Assembly: GCF_006345805.1 (NCBI RefSeq)
Contig: NC_043008.1
Coordinates: 40,052,001 to 40,116,000, forward strand
Length of the DNA: 64,000 nt
Origin: Octopus sinensis
Taxonomy: Eukaryota
Direction: 5' to 3'
Positions 37,775 through 49,615 of this stretch are shown here, one piece after another. Both the position numbers and the translations under genes were made by a program. Under the pieces are notes generated by a model. It saw only the letters and a program-made list of their open reading frames with translations. It was not told where the DNA came from and ran no database searches. Numbering within the stretch: the stretch's first letter is position 1; every line of letters starts with the position of its first letter.

Positions 37775-39175
37775 TCTGTAAAAAATGGAGACCTGCCACA
37801 TGAGCAGAAGAATTGCAAGCGTAATTGCAGAAGTACCAAGGATCAACTCCTGATAGACAAAACGGTACTTAGAGACTGCAAGAAGAGGAAAAGTAACTTA
37901 GCCACGTCAGGGATCGACTGCACTAGGGCGTATTATATGATTCCACATTCTTGGATTATGGAGTGTATGAGCCTAATTGATATTGCATCGAATGTTGAGT
38001 GATTGATTGGAAAAAGTATAGCGAATTGGAGGAAGGACCTGACAGCATACGGACAAAGTTTAGGGACATTAGAAATTAGGAGGCGCATCTTCCAAAAGGA
38101 CTGCTTGTCTCCACTGAACTTTGTACTGTGCTTGATACCACTAACACTGCTTCTGAGGAAAGCAAATGCTGGGTAGGTATTCTAAAGCTGACAGCAAAAA
38201 GTCAACCATTTATTATTCATGTATGACCTGAAAGTTTATGGGAAAGATGAATCCCAAGTAAGTTCCCTCATTGATACGGTGTATACCGTCAGTGCTAATA
38301 TCAAAATGTAGTTCGGACTTAGAAAGTGTGGTGCGTTAGTCTTGAAGAGAATCAAAATCAAACGTATGGGCACGCTAACAATATCGTCAGGGGAGGTTAT
38401 GAAGCAGATAGAAGAGACGGACTATAAGTAGTTGGGGATTTGGGAATTGGATATATTGATGGAGGAAGAAATGACAGAAAAAATTAAGGTGGAGTACTTG
38501 CGCAGACTGAGACTAATCCTTAACTCGAAATTAAATGGACGGAATAAGATCGAAGCTATGAAAACGTGGGCGGTTTCACTCCTTAGATATGGAGCAGGTG
38601 TAATCGCATGGACAGTCAATGTACGCTACTGGCCGAGAAGGAATATAAGAGACGCCACGACAATATAGCCTGGCTTGCCTATTGGACACTTGGCAACAAG
38701 TATGGGCTTGACAGAGCAAAACATTCGTACGATCGCAAGCCTGAAAGCATCGTCAAAAATAGAAATGCCAAGATCCTGTGGGATTTTATAATTCAGTGCG
38801 ACCATGAGGTAGAGAATAGGAAGCTGGATATAGTCTTAATTGAGGAAGAAAGCAAACCATGATGGATCATAGACAAAATATGCCCAGCTGACAACAATGT
38901 ATTCGATGAGGAAGAAAGAAAACTCGAGAGATATGATAGGTAAGCTTGGGAAGTTAAGCAGTTGTGGTCGAAGAAAAGTTAGCAGTAGTACCAATAATTA
39001 TCGGAGCCCTGAGAACAGTGAACGAATTTCTAGATAAGTACGTGGAACAAATAGGGGCTGCATTAAGGGTGGAGCACTTGCAGAAAACGGCACTACTTGG
39101 AACCACTCGAATACTCTGGAAAGTGCTCGAAAAGTAAGGTGTGTTACCTGACACTGTAGTACATCTCCAGCGTTA
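37775..39175 (+). mobile_element. R4/Dong-type RLE LINE, decayed RT + RLE with internal deletion
   Basis: TKDQLLIDK, AY.MIPHSWI, IFQKDCLSPL.F, NHLLFMYDLK, FGLRKC, LNGRNKIEA..TWAV, LAEKEYKRRHD, ILWDF.IQCD, PIIIGAL, LQKTALLGTTRIL. Confidence 0.9.
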
Positions 39176-39189
39176 GGTGCAGTACAAAG

Positions 39190-39281
39190 GCAACAACAAC
39201 AACAATAATATTAATGATAATGATAACAACAACAACAACAATAATATTAATGATAATGATAAAAACAACAACAACAATGAA

Positions 39282-39339
<58 letters not shown>

Positions 39340-39358
39340 TAATAATAAAATAATAATA
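39190..39358. repeat. (AAC)/(AAT)n microsatellite between RLE insertions
   Basis: Direct inspection. Confidence 0.9.
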
Positions 39359-39359
39359 A

Positions 39360-40380
39360 AAACTCTTCTCAGTATTTAAGGAAGCTGACAAATACAAACA
39401 AGAAATCCTACCACCTAATAAACATGAAGAAGAAGAAGAAGATGAAGAAACAACAAAAGCTATAAAACAAATGAAATCCAAACTAAAGATAGAACAGCAA
39501 CGAAACATGATAAAACGATGGCAAGAAAAGCCCCTTCATGGTAAATACTGGACTAAACTAAACGCAAAAGAAATAGACAAAGAAAAATCCCAGCAATGGT
39601 TGAGAAGCTCAGGACTCAAAGCAGAAACAGAGGGATTTTTAATTGCAGCACAAGACCAAAGCCTCCCCACCAGAAATTACCAAAAACATGTAATGAAAAG
39701 AAATATTACAAGTAACTGCAGAATATGTGGAGATGGACAAGAAACAATAAATCATATTATCTCTAGCTGCCCAGTCCTGGCTAAGAAGGAATATATTCAC
39801 AGACATGACAGAGTTGGAACCTACATACATTGGAAGCTATGCCAACATTATGGAATAACAACAGAAAAAAGATGGTATAGGCACACACCAGAAAAGGTCA
39901 CAGAAAACGAGAAAGCAACCATACTCTGGGATATGCCGATACACACAGATAGAGAAATTAAGGCCAACAGACCAGATATAGTTGTCAGAGATCATGAAGA
40001 AAAAAAATGCTTTCTAATTGATGTATCAATACTGGCTGATGACAACGTGTCTCTAAAAGAAATGGAGAAACTCTCAAAATACAAAGACCTGGAAATAGAG
40101 GTAACTAGAATGTGGAATCTGAAAACAGAAACAATTCCTATCATAGTAGGTGCATTAGGCACGATAAAAAAATATTCAGACAAATACATAACAAAAACAC
40201 CAGGACTTACAAACACATATAACATACAGAAAATTGCACTACTAGGCACTGCACACATCCTACGCAGAACACTTTCCATACAATAACCATCAGAGCATCA
40301 CAACAAATCACAGCACATAGCCAAGGTGCACAGAGCTGCGCTCGGTAGTGAAGTAAAAGCACGCTATAAAAATAAAACTA

Positions 40381-40383
<3 letters not shown>
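39360..40383 (+). mobile_element. Young 5'-truncated R4/Dong-type RLE LINE; uninterrupted reading frame 39360-40286 (zinc knuckle + RLE), then 3' UTR
   Basis: WQEKPLHG, ETEGFLIAAQDQ, CRICGDGQETINHIISSC (CCHC), RHD, ILWD, RPD, LIDVS, EKLSKYKDL, PIIVGALG, ALLGTAHILR; (AAT)n on both sides. Confidence 0.92.

Positions 40384-40473
<90 letters not shown>
40384..40473. repeat. (AAT)n microsatellite
   Basis: Direct inspection. Confidence 0.95.
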
Positions 40474-40474
<1 letters not shown>

Positions 40475-40890
40475 TCTATGTGATTTTGGGATTCAGTGCG
40501 ACCATGAGATAAAGAATAGGAATCCAAACATAGTGTGAATTGAGAAAGAATGCAAACGATGCTGGATCATGGATATAGAATGCTCAGCTGATAACAAGGT
40601 ATGGGATAAGGAAGAACGAAAAGTCGATAGATATGACAGGTTGGTTAAGCAGTTGTGGTCGATGAAAAAGATGGAATTAGTACCAATATCTTCGGAGCCC
40701 TTGGAGAAGTGAGTAAAAATCTTGAGAAGTATCTGGAAGAAATAGGGGCTGCAATTAGGGTGAGGCACTTACAGAAAACAGCAATGCTTTGAACCGCTCG
40801 AATACTCCGTATGGTGCTCCAAAATAAGGGGTGTTACCTTAGTTCACTGTTGGTGAACAACTGCCACCGTAGTACATCTCCAGCGATAGA
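40475..40890 (+). mobile_element. Second 3' fragment of the 37775-39175 RLE subfamily, followed by (GAA)n to ~41021
   Basis: Aligns to 38775-39172 (attcagtgcgaccatgag ... gtagtacatctccagcg). Confidence 0.85.
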
Positions 40891-41021
40891 AGAAGAAGAA
40901 GAAGCAGAAGAAGAAGAAGGGGAAGAAGAAGAAGAAAAAGAAGAAGAAGACGTAGAAGAAAAAAGAAGGAAAAGAAGAAGAAGAAGAAGAAGAAGAAGAA
41001 GAAGAAGAAGAAGAAGAAGAA

Positions 41022-41490
41022 AAAATGCTAGTGTTCTTAATGTTAAAAAATATCTCTAAAGGAATTAGACAAATTAAGAAAAACATAACCTGTAAATTCA
41101 AATATAGAATATGTGGCATCTTAAAGCAAAAACTGTTGGTGCCTTAGGTATGATAAAAAAGGGTTATTCGAAAGATCTAGACAACATCTCAGGAGAGCCA
41201 TACCTCAGAGAAATTCAAAAGATGCCTTAGGTATGATAAAAAAGGGATATTCGAAAGATCTAGACAACATCTCAGGAGAGCCATGCCTCAGAGAAATCCA
41301 AAAGATTGTGTTGTCAAGTACTTTCCACATTCTTAGAAAAACCTTTTCAATTTAAATGTCCGTGTTGTATTACAGGGGGATATTTCGCTATTGTCCCTGC
41401 CCCTTCATTTCTTTCAGTCATACCGCAACATCTCTTATAATTCACTTGCCTTAGGACGCTGGGTGTGTCTCGGCAAGTGATTGCAACAAA
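41022..41490 (+). mobile_element. 3' fragment of a third RLE LINE subfamily with an internal 83-bp tandem duplication
   Basis: VGALGMIKKG..LDNISGEP.LREIQKIVLSSTFHILRKTFSI; duplicated unit 41140-41222/41223-41305. Confidence 0.75.
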
Positions 41491-41721
41491 TTATAAAGAT
41501 ATAAGGAGTAACTGTTAAGAGGAAGTGGGTAATAATGTTAGTGAATTTAGGGAGTGGATGCTTAGTTGCTGAAAAAGGGTAGTATAAAAAATCGTGAATT
41601 AGTGTGTCTCGGCAAGTGATTGCAACAAGTTATAAATATATAAGGAGTCACTCTTAAGAGGAATTTAGGGAGCGAGTACTTAGTTGCTGAAAAAGGGTAG
41701 ATATAAAAAATCGTGAATTAA
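41463..41721 (+). repeat. Diverged tandem duplication, first unit 139 bp
   Basis: gtgtgtctcggcaagtgattgcaacaa...aaaaatcgtgaatta starts at 41463 and again at 41602. Confidence 0.85.
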
Positions 41722-42492
41722 TATGTATGGATACGGTCAGATATAGACCAAAATCTGAAGCTTCCAGCAGAGAAAAGGCTGTTCCCTATAGTGGGGGAAG
41801 CTGGATTAATAATAAGTGCCAAGGAATGAAACAAAGATATTTTATAATCATTATTATTTATGGTAACGAAAACCTAAAAGACAGCTGAATTGAATGACGA
41901 AAATATGTTTATGTTCTATGCTGCCGTACATCACTGGTATTCAAATGATCAACACTGGTGGGATAAATATAATACAATGTATAATGGTCCGCATATATGT
42001 ACTACATCTATATATAGCTCTAAATTGTATTGATTTTGTAATCCGACTCTTATAATAACTATTGTAATCTAACATGTAATAAAAATGATAAATGACTATA
42101 GTTTCAATCGAATGACAGAAAGGAACAGATAAAACGATTTTTACTCTGAAGAATAACATATTTAAGCTAAAAAACAATAGAAACACTGCTGTTACGCTTT
42201 CCTATGATTTACGTTTATGTGTAAATATGATATAAAAAAACATATTATTCTTACTATTAGGATATTTGTCAAGAGAAATATAACAAGTTTCTAAAAGTAG
42301 AGATGGATCTCCTTGATTTATCTTACTAAAATTGAAGTTACGGCGACAATGTGGCTCAAACAATGCACTCACATATACGCGTGGGCGTACATTTCTATAT
42401 CAATACAAACAGACATACACACAACCAAACACACACATATATGATATATGTATATATATATACATACATATATATATGTATATGTATATATA

Positions 42493-42550
<58 letters not shown>

Positions 42551-42557
42551 CATATAA

Positions 42558-42589
<32 letters not shown>

Positions 42590-42614
42590 CTATACATATA
42601 TATATATATATACA

Positions 42615-42980
42615 TACTTTTACTATTTATACTTTTACACGCCCGGTCATTCTGGAGCACCACCTTCTGTCGAAGAAATCGTGTCTAGACTAATACATTG
42701 TAAGCCTATCGGTCCCTTTTACGGAAACGTTAAATTTCGGGGACATAAACGCACCGACATCTGTTGTCAAGCGATGGTGGGGGAGAACAAGAGACACGAG
42801 GACACACATACACACATATATATGCATATATATACACGATGGGTTCCTTTGAGTTTCTGTCTACCAAATCCACTCACAAGACCTTGGTCGGCCCGAGGCT
42901 ATAGTAGAAGACAAATGCAATAGGATTGAACCCAGGACCGAGTGGCTGGGAAGCTTCTTACTACACTGCTACGCTGGCGC
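42615..42980 (-). mobile_element. SINE family D
   Basis: ctggagcaccacc, ttgtcaagcgatggtgggg, ctaccaaatccactcacaag, cccgaggctatagtagaagac. Confidence 0.8.
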
Positions 42981-44457
42981 CTATACGTATATGTATATAG
43001 ATTAATAGATAAAGATGATAGATAGATAGATATAGATTGATACATAGATAAATAGATAGATAGATAGGGATGTATAACATATTGTGTTCCTGACTCGAAA
43101 TATTCCATGCCAAATCTTTTTTTTGTGGTCCATTTCATATGTAAAGATATATCTTTCCGCAGTGATTTGAAGTAGCGAAGAAATTCTCTCCCATAAGCAG
43201 AAAATTATTATAGTGTTCCTGCTGTCTCTTAAATGCATATTCGGCTCCTTTTCTTCAAAAGAATATTACAACCCACAACAGAAACCATAGAATCTAAACT
43301 ATTCCATCTTCAACGATGACCAAACATAACATTATGAAAAGAAACATCGCATATTAATGAAGTCCTTCTCACACAATACTTAGAAAATATGAATAATTAC
43401 GTCAACATTGCAAGCGAATGATATCTCTAGACGTGTCTTATTACTTTTATAGGTTTCACTCAAACCATGTCATAAAATGATCAGACTATTCAATCATTGT
43501 ACAAAATGTAATATTAAAAAGTTCAATAGTGCACTCTAACCAAATATGTGCACTATAAGCGAAGAAATATAAGAGAAAAAAAATCTTTACTGAAATACAC
43601 AAACATTTGACCTAACATGTACCGTTAAACGACGTAAAAATTATAATCGTAGCACATAAAATGAATGCATTGTGATAAGCAGAAATTTGAAAAGATTAGT
43701 TATTGCTTAGCAAGTTTTTTTTTTATCATTATTAACCCTATCATATCTGAGATACAATAAAAAAAAAGTAAATAAGTAAGTAAATGAATGCCAATATTAA
43801 CTTGATGTTTTTATTTTGGAGAAAGCGACGCTGAGTTGAGTTATGAATTGGGAAAAGATTAGTTCAGCGTGAAATTGAAGTCTAATGAGTACTTGATTGA
43901 TTATGTAATCAATAAAGTGTATTGCTGTTTTTCTTCAAACGATTTCTGTTATCAAAAATGTATTAATACTCTTAAACAAACCACAGCTTTCGGCTGACTG
44001 AAAAGGTCATGATGCTATACGGCACAATTATTTTAAGTGCATAATCTGAAAAGAAAAAAAAAACACCGTGAAGTTTTATGAAGAAGGAAAATAATTAGTC
44101 TTCATATAGTTGCAGAAATATACATTCATGTAACCATACGCAGTCATAACCCACTGAGAGACACACATACAGAGGGAAAAATATAAGACCATAATGAAGT
44201 CACAGTGGTATACACATACGTACATATTAGGAAATCCTCACAACCATATTTGTTTTTACATGGGAATTTCTATTCGTTTCAGCGTTTAACAATGATTGTG
44301 TATGTAAGCACAATCGGAATACGCCTGATTGAAGAAAGAGACTGAATTTGCGAACAAAGCAAATGTTAAAAACCAATTTTAATATATGAACTGCCGAATT
44401 GAATTGCTTGGGAATTTCTGATTTGGCTTAGTGCAAATATGAAGACTACATGCAATG

Positions 44458-44732
44458 TTTCTTCTCGAACCATGCTTCCCGGTTTCCCCGGCATATAGGT
44501 TCCCCACCTGGACGGAATGCCAGTCCGTCGCAGGTGAGCTGCAAGATGCAAGAGGAAAGAGTGAGAGAAAGTTGTGACGAAAGAGTCAGAAATTCGCCAT
44601 TACCTTCTGCCGGAGCCGCGTGGAGCTTAGGTGTTTCGCTCATAAACACACACATCGCTCGGTCTGAGATTCGAACCCGTGATTCCTCAACCACGTGTTC
44701 GCTGCTCTAACCACTAGGCCATGTACCTCCAC
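44458..44732 (-). mobile_element. tRNA-derived SINE, family B-related
   Basis: Minus-strand head gtggaggtacatggcctagtggttagagc..gggttcgaatctc; body matches 16046-16262. Confidence 0.85.
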
Positions 44733-45245
44733 ACTGCATGTAATACAGGCATGAAAAGTGAGGGTTCTGAAGATGGGAACACAGAGCGAGTGTTACATTC
44801 AAGAAGAATTGTTAAATGCTTTTTTGTATGTAAGCATAAGTGCACATCCCCACCCCACACACATAATTAGAAATCTCAGCTGTGAAAATATAAGAATGAA
44901 TGCTCATCCACCATTTTCTTTTGTGCGGGAAAACACAAAAGAATTTTCTCACTATCATTCTATGTTTCAGTATGGTATTCTGTAAGATATCAACGCAACC
45001 GTCTTTGAAAAGTTACCAGAGCTACGTCCGAGCTGATGTGAATGGCGCCTGCTATCTAAGAGACCTCTCCACCGCTCACTAGTTTTCCTCTTCTGAATCT
45101 GCTACTATATTTAGGTGCACCCATCATGTTGCTACTAAAATCAGGTGCACCAATATTTGTAACAATATATGATTCGTTCTCAAACATCTGGAAGGCACAA
45201 TTTTATCAAAGCTACCATATATTAGGATGTGGTTCAATTCAGTAT

Positions 45246-45580
45246 GTGAAGGCGCATGGCTCAGTGGCTAGAGTGTCGAGCTTACGGCGTGAGGTTGTTG
45301 GTTCGAATCCCGGATTAGGCAGCGTGTTGTGTTCTTGAGCAAGACAATGTATTTCACGTTGTTCTAGTTCACTCAGCTGTAGAAATGAGTCGCGACGTCA
45401 CAGGTGTCAAGCTGTATCGTCCGTTGTCTTTCCCTTGGATAATACTGGTGGCGTGCAGAGGGGAGGGCGGTATGAATGGGTAACTGCTGGTCTTCCATAA
45501 ACATACTTACCCGGACTTGTGTCTGGGAGGGTAACTTTCTAGGTACAATCCCACGGTCAGTCATTACCGAAGGGGGTCTC
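45246..45580 (+). mobile_element. tRNA-derived SINE, family C
   Basis: A box tggctcagtgg, B box ggttcgaatcc; body matches 53092-53292 in reverse. Confidence 0.85.
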
Positions 45581-46249
45581 AGCAGCATTGATTCAATTCA
45601 ATTAGCTTCATTGTCGCACGAAACTACTTTTCTCTCTTGACCGTCAGCAAGACTCATTCATCGTCCGTTAGGAGTGGTGGCATTCAACTGATTATTTCAT
45701 GCATCTCACATGGTGAGATTTATCATGTCTCCTCACATGTCTGGGCAAGTACATAACTTTTCATGAAAGTAACCAAACACAAATCAAGAAATATGCAATA
45801 TTTTGGAAGTGTTTTTAATACTATGGATTTGTTTTAAATTCTTTCGGTTTTAACGATCAACAAATTATATTAAGTAGACTATAAAAAGAACTGTCTTGAC
45901 AGTTTCACTAACCATAGAAATTTGAATGAATTCAACGTATATGCATTAAATTAAAGAAATCTATGAAAATACACTTTTGCAAATGCAAATGTGCATACAC
46001 GTAGATAAGCTCACAGAAATATATGCACTCTTAATTTCAAAAGAACCAAGTACTATGAATAGAACGCAGTGGTTAAAATTATTGAAGAAAAGAGCAGCTT
46101 ATCAATAACTATGCGCATAATTATTATAACACAAAACTAGCTATAAAAGCGACATAATTTTATGAACGTCCATACATACATATCAATCACACACCCACAC
46201 ATATACATACGTTTATATACATATGTATGTATGTAGTCTTTCATGTTTA

Positions 46250-46640
46250 CATTCTTTTACTTGTTTCAGGCAGCTGATTGCAGCCATGCTGGAGCACCGC
46301 ATTGAAGGTGTTTTAGTCGAAGAAATCAACCCCTTGACGTATTCTTTGTAAGCCTAAGTACATATTTTAATAATGTCGAACCGCTCAGTTACGGGGACAT
46401 AAACACACCAGAATCGGTTGTCAAGCGTTGGTGGGGAAATATACAGACACGCACACAAATATATATGTATATATATATATACATACATATATACACACAC
46501 ACACACGCATATGTACGACAGGCTTCTTTCAGTTTTCAGTCTCCGCTCAAGGCCTTCGTCGGCCCAAGGCTATAGTAAAAGACAATTTCCCAAGGTGTCA
46601 TGCTGTGGGACTGAGCCCGGAACAATGTGGTTGGAGGGTA
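46250..46640 (-). mobile_element. SINE family D
   Basis: Same diagnostic blocks as the other family D copies. Confidence 0.8.
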
Positions 46641-48344
46641 GTTTATAGTACTGAATTGAACCCCTATAGTGTATGGAGACCTCTGTTGGCTAGCTATAGC
46701 ATTCATCCACCTACCAAATTTCTTGACAATGCCGTCGTGCTTGACTGCCTTAGCCAGTGTGAATGTGTGCGCGCGTGTATTTGTGTGTGTGAGTGTTTGT
46801 ACCACTCTGTATCTGTGTGTATTTATGTGTGAAGTTAGCTATAAAAAATCATCTTTAAAGAGAAATGCTACGTGTCAGTAATTGTGTATCCAGTGCTCCT
46901 GATATCACAGAGACCAATTCGAAGAAATTTTGTAAATAAGGAAACCTTATCAAATTCCACAATATTTCAAATGTAAACATAGACGCACTCATATTTACAT
47001 TCTTTTCGCTACAGAAAGAAAATAAAGATTGCGATTTATGATATTTGTAAAAAACATCCTTTTTGATAAGTGATATAGAAGTGGATTATTTTCTTTTGCG
47101 TTTTCTAATTTTATTTTCTCGGCTCTGTCCGATTTGAACACTTTAAAACATTGGTCGATCGAATCATTGCTGTGTCCCATAGATTTATCTCTCTTTGTTT
47201 TCCAATGTGTTTTCCTCGGTTGAGAACATCTGACATTCAATAATTTAACATATGAATAGACTGTGATATATCATATAATGCATGATGGTTTTTTCCGAGA
47301 TTTTGAATAGAATGTAAAAGAATATTTTGAAATATTCTCTTATTTTAACATAGTGTACACTCTAGGATCGAGTATTTCAGAGCGTATTGTTGCTTGCTAG
47401 CTTCTCTTCTATTTGGCTAATTTATTTTGCAAGCATATAATGTTATTGTTATTGCAGTCAACATCACTATAGGTTTCTTATCACGAAATACGTTATACTT
47501 CTATGTATCCCTTGTTCCTACCAGCATACTTCGCGATCTAGTTTATTAATCTAATTTTACTTGGATGATTAGCAACATTCATATAATTAGTTTCTGCCTA
47601 ACGTAACTCAGAATGTTGATTCAATTCTCACATGTGGGAATTACGAGACGATCAGACCTGGAATAGCAAAATGCCCGTAATATTCTGTTCAAATGTTTAT
47701 TAAATTTTATAGAACAAATAAGGGTTATTTTTAAAATGGGCAACTAAATGTGTTTATGAAGCGTTTGTCTTAGTACGATTAAACTTTATTCGTTTTTAGA
47801 CAGGAATTTCATACGTGATCTAGAAATTTCTTCTGTTTCTACTTAGTTTTCTTTATACTATGTTCCCAATTTCGCAAAGACTATGGAAATATGCAGAAAC
47901 ATACATTACGATATACTGACCACTTCAGGAGGACAAAATGGGTACAATAGTTGTATAAAATACATTGCCCTTACAACTCCATCGAGTATATCCCATTGCA
48001 ATATCTATAACGTCTCACAGCGTTATAATTATTGACGGGGATGTAACGATGCTGCATTATTTTGATGTTGATATGTTCTTGTTTTGTTCATATTGTCTTC
48101 GATTTACCATTAAAATAATTTAAATGTTCTGATAAGCTTGTTCTACTTGCCTTTGTTTTCCACTCCCTGTAATTTATACCCACTGATTCGGAAGTAGTCT
48201 ACAGATCGTCAACTCCAGCCCTAGTTTTCAACTACGTTCCTAGTAGCTTATCTATTGGAGCACTCAAACATCATAACTGTTAGTTTAGATCATTCGTGGC
48301 CCAAACCATTCCTACTCTCTATATATGTGCGTGAGTGAGTGTGT

Positions 48345-48404
<60 letters not shown>

Positions 48405-48458
48405 TGTGTGTGTGTGTTTGTGAGTTTGTGTGCATGTGTGCATGTATACACACACAAG

Positions 48459-48540
48459 CATTAATCCCTCGACTATTTCGGGTGTTTCGTCCCAAAACCC
48501 GCCGCGATACCTGAAATTTCGCGAAGTAGAAACATTACTG
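48459..48540 (+). mobile_element. Tigger/pogo-like MITE, copy 2
   Basis: taatccctcgactat..ccgcgata.ctgaaat..cgcgaagta..ttactg|ta; homologous to 8484-8575. Confidence 0.6.
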
Positions 48541-48541
48541 T

Positions 48542-48990
48542 ATTCTTTTACTCTTTTATCTGTTTTAGTCATTTGATTATGGCCATGCTGTAGCACTGCT
48601 TTTTAATCGAAGAAATAGACCCCAAGACGTATTCTTTGTAAGCTTGGTACGTATTCTATCGGTCTCTTCTCCCGAAAGGTTAAGTAACAGGTACATAAAC
48701 ACACCAGCATCAGTTGTCAAGCGACGGTTAAGGGGACAAACACAAACACGCACACAAATAAATACAAACACGTACGCACACACACACACATATACACACA
48801 CAAACACACACACATATATATATATATGACGGGATTCTTTCAGTTTCTGTCTACCAAATCCATTCACAAGACATTGGTCGGTCCGAGGCTACGGTAGAAG
48901 TCCATTGCCCTAGGTACCACACAGTGGGACTGAACCCGGACACATGTGGTTGGGAAGCATGCTTCTAACTACACAGCCACTCCTTCGCTT
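48542..48990 (-). mobile_element. SINE family D (near full length)
   Basis: Tail tattcttttactctttta through head acacagccac; internal CA/TA repeat. Confidence 0.85.
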
Positions 48991-49198
48991 GCATAAATTT
49001 TTTATTCTCATAATTTGTATAAATCTATTTTATTTAAAATGTAAAACAATTCCACGGACGAATCAGCATAAGGTAAAAGAATAAACAACGACAGGTGAAC
49101 CACAATATGGTGAGGATTAATGTATGTGTGTGTGTGTGTGTGTGCGCTTGTATGTATATATATATATATGATAAAATTGAGATGGCTTTTGAAATATA

Positions 49199-49615
49199 CA
49201 TTGTGTTCAAAAAGTCTCTCTGCAGTGAATCTTTTCATCATGCGCATGCGCAACTTCTCTATCACTGAGTGAGCGGACGGGTGTCAGCCATTGTCCCTCA
49301 ATCATTGTGTACTCTTCAGCGTGTCGACATGCTAACCATTGAAGAACGTACGTTTTTAGTTGAATGGGTGTTTGAGCTGGAAACAAAGACACAGATACTG
49401 AGAAAACGAATTTCAGTGAAACCTTTCCAAATCCTGTTCTTCCACATCGTTACACTGTGCGGCATTTGATAAGAAAATTTAGAAACGCAGGCGCAGTGGA
49501 AGACGCAGCAAGAAGCGGTAGGCCTAATGTTCTTTCAGGCGAAACATTCTTCAATATTTCTGATAAACTGTTAGCATGCCCAACAAATTCCTTACGCAAA
49601 TTGTCACAGGCAAGT
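49199..49615 (+). mobile_element. Tc1/mariner-superfamily 5' end with transposase N-terminal HTH (DUF4817-like), frameshifted
   Basis: TA|cattgtgttcaaaaag TIR-like start; MLTIEERTFLVE..F.E.FP...PHR.TVRHLIRKFRNAGAVEDAARSGRP..P..SLRKLSQ. Confidence 0.8.
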
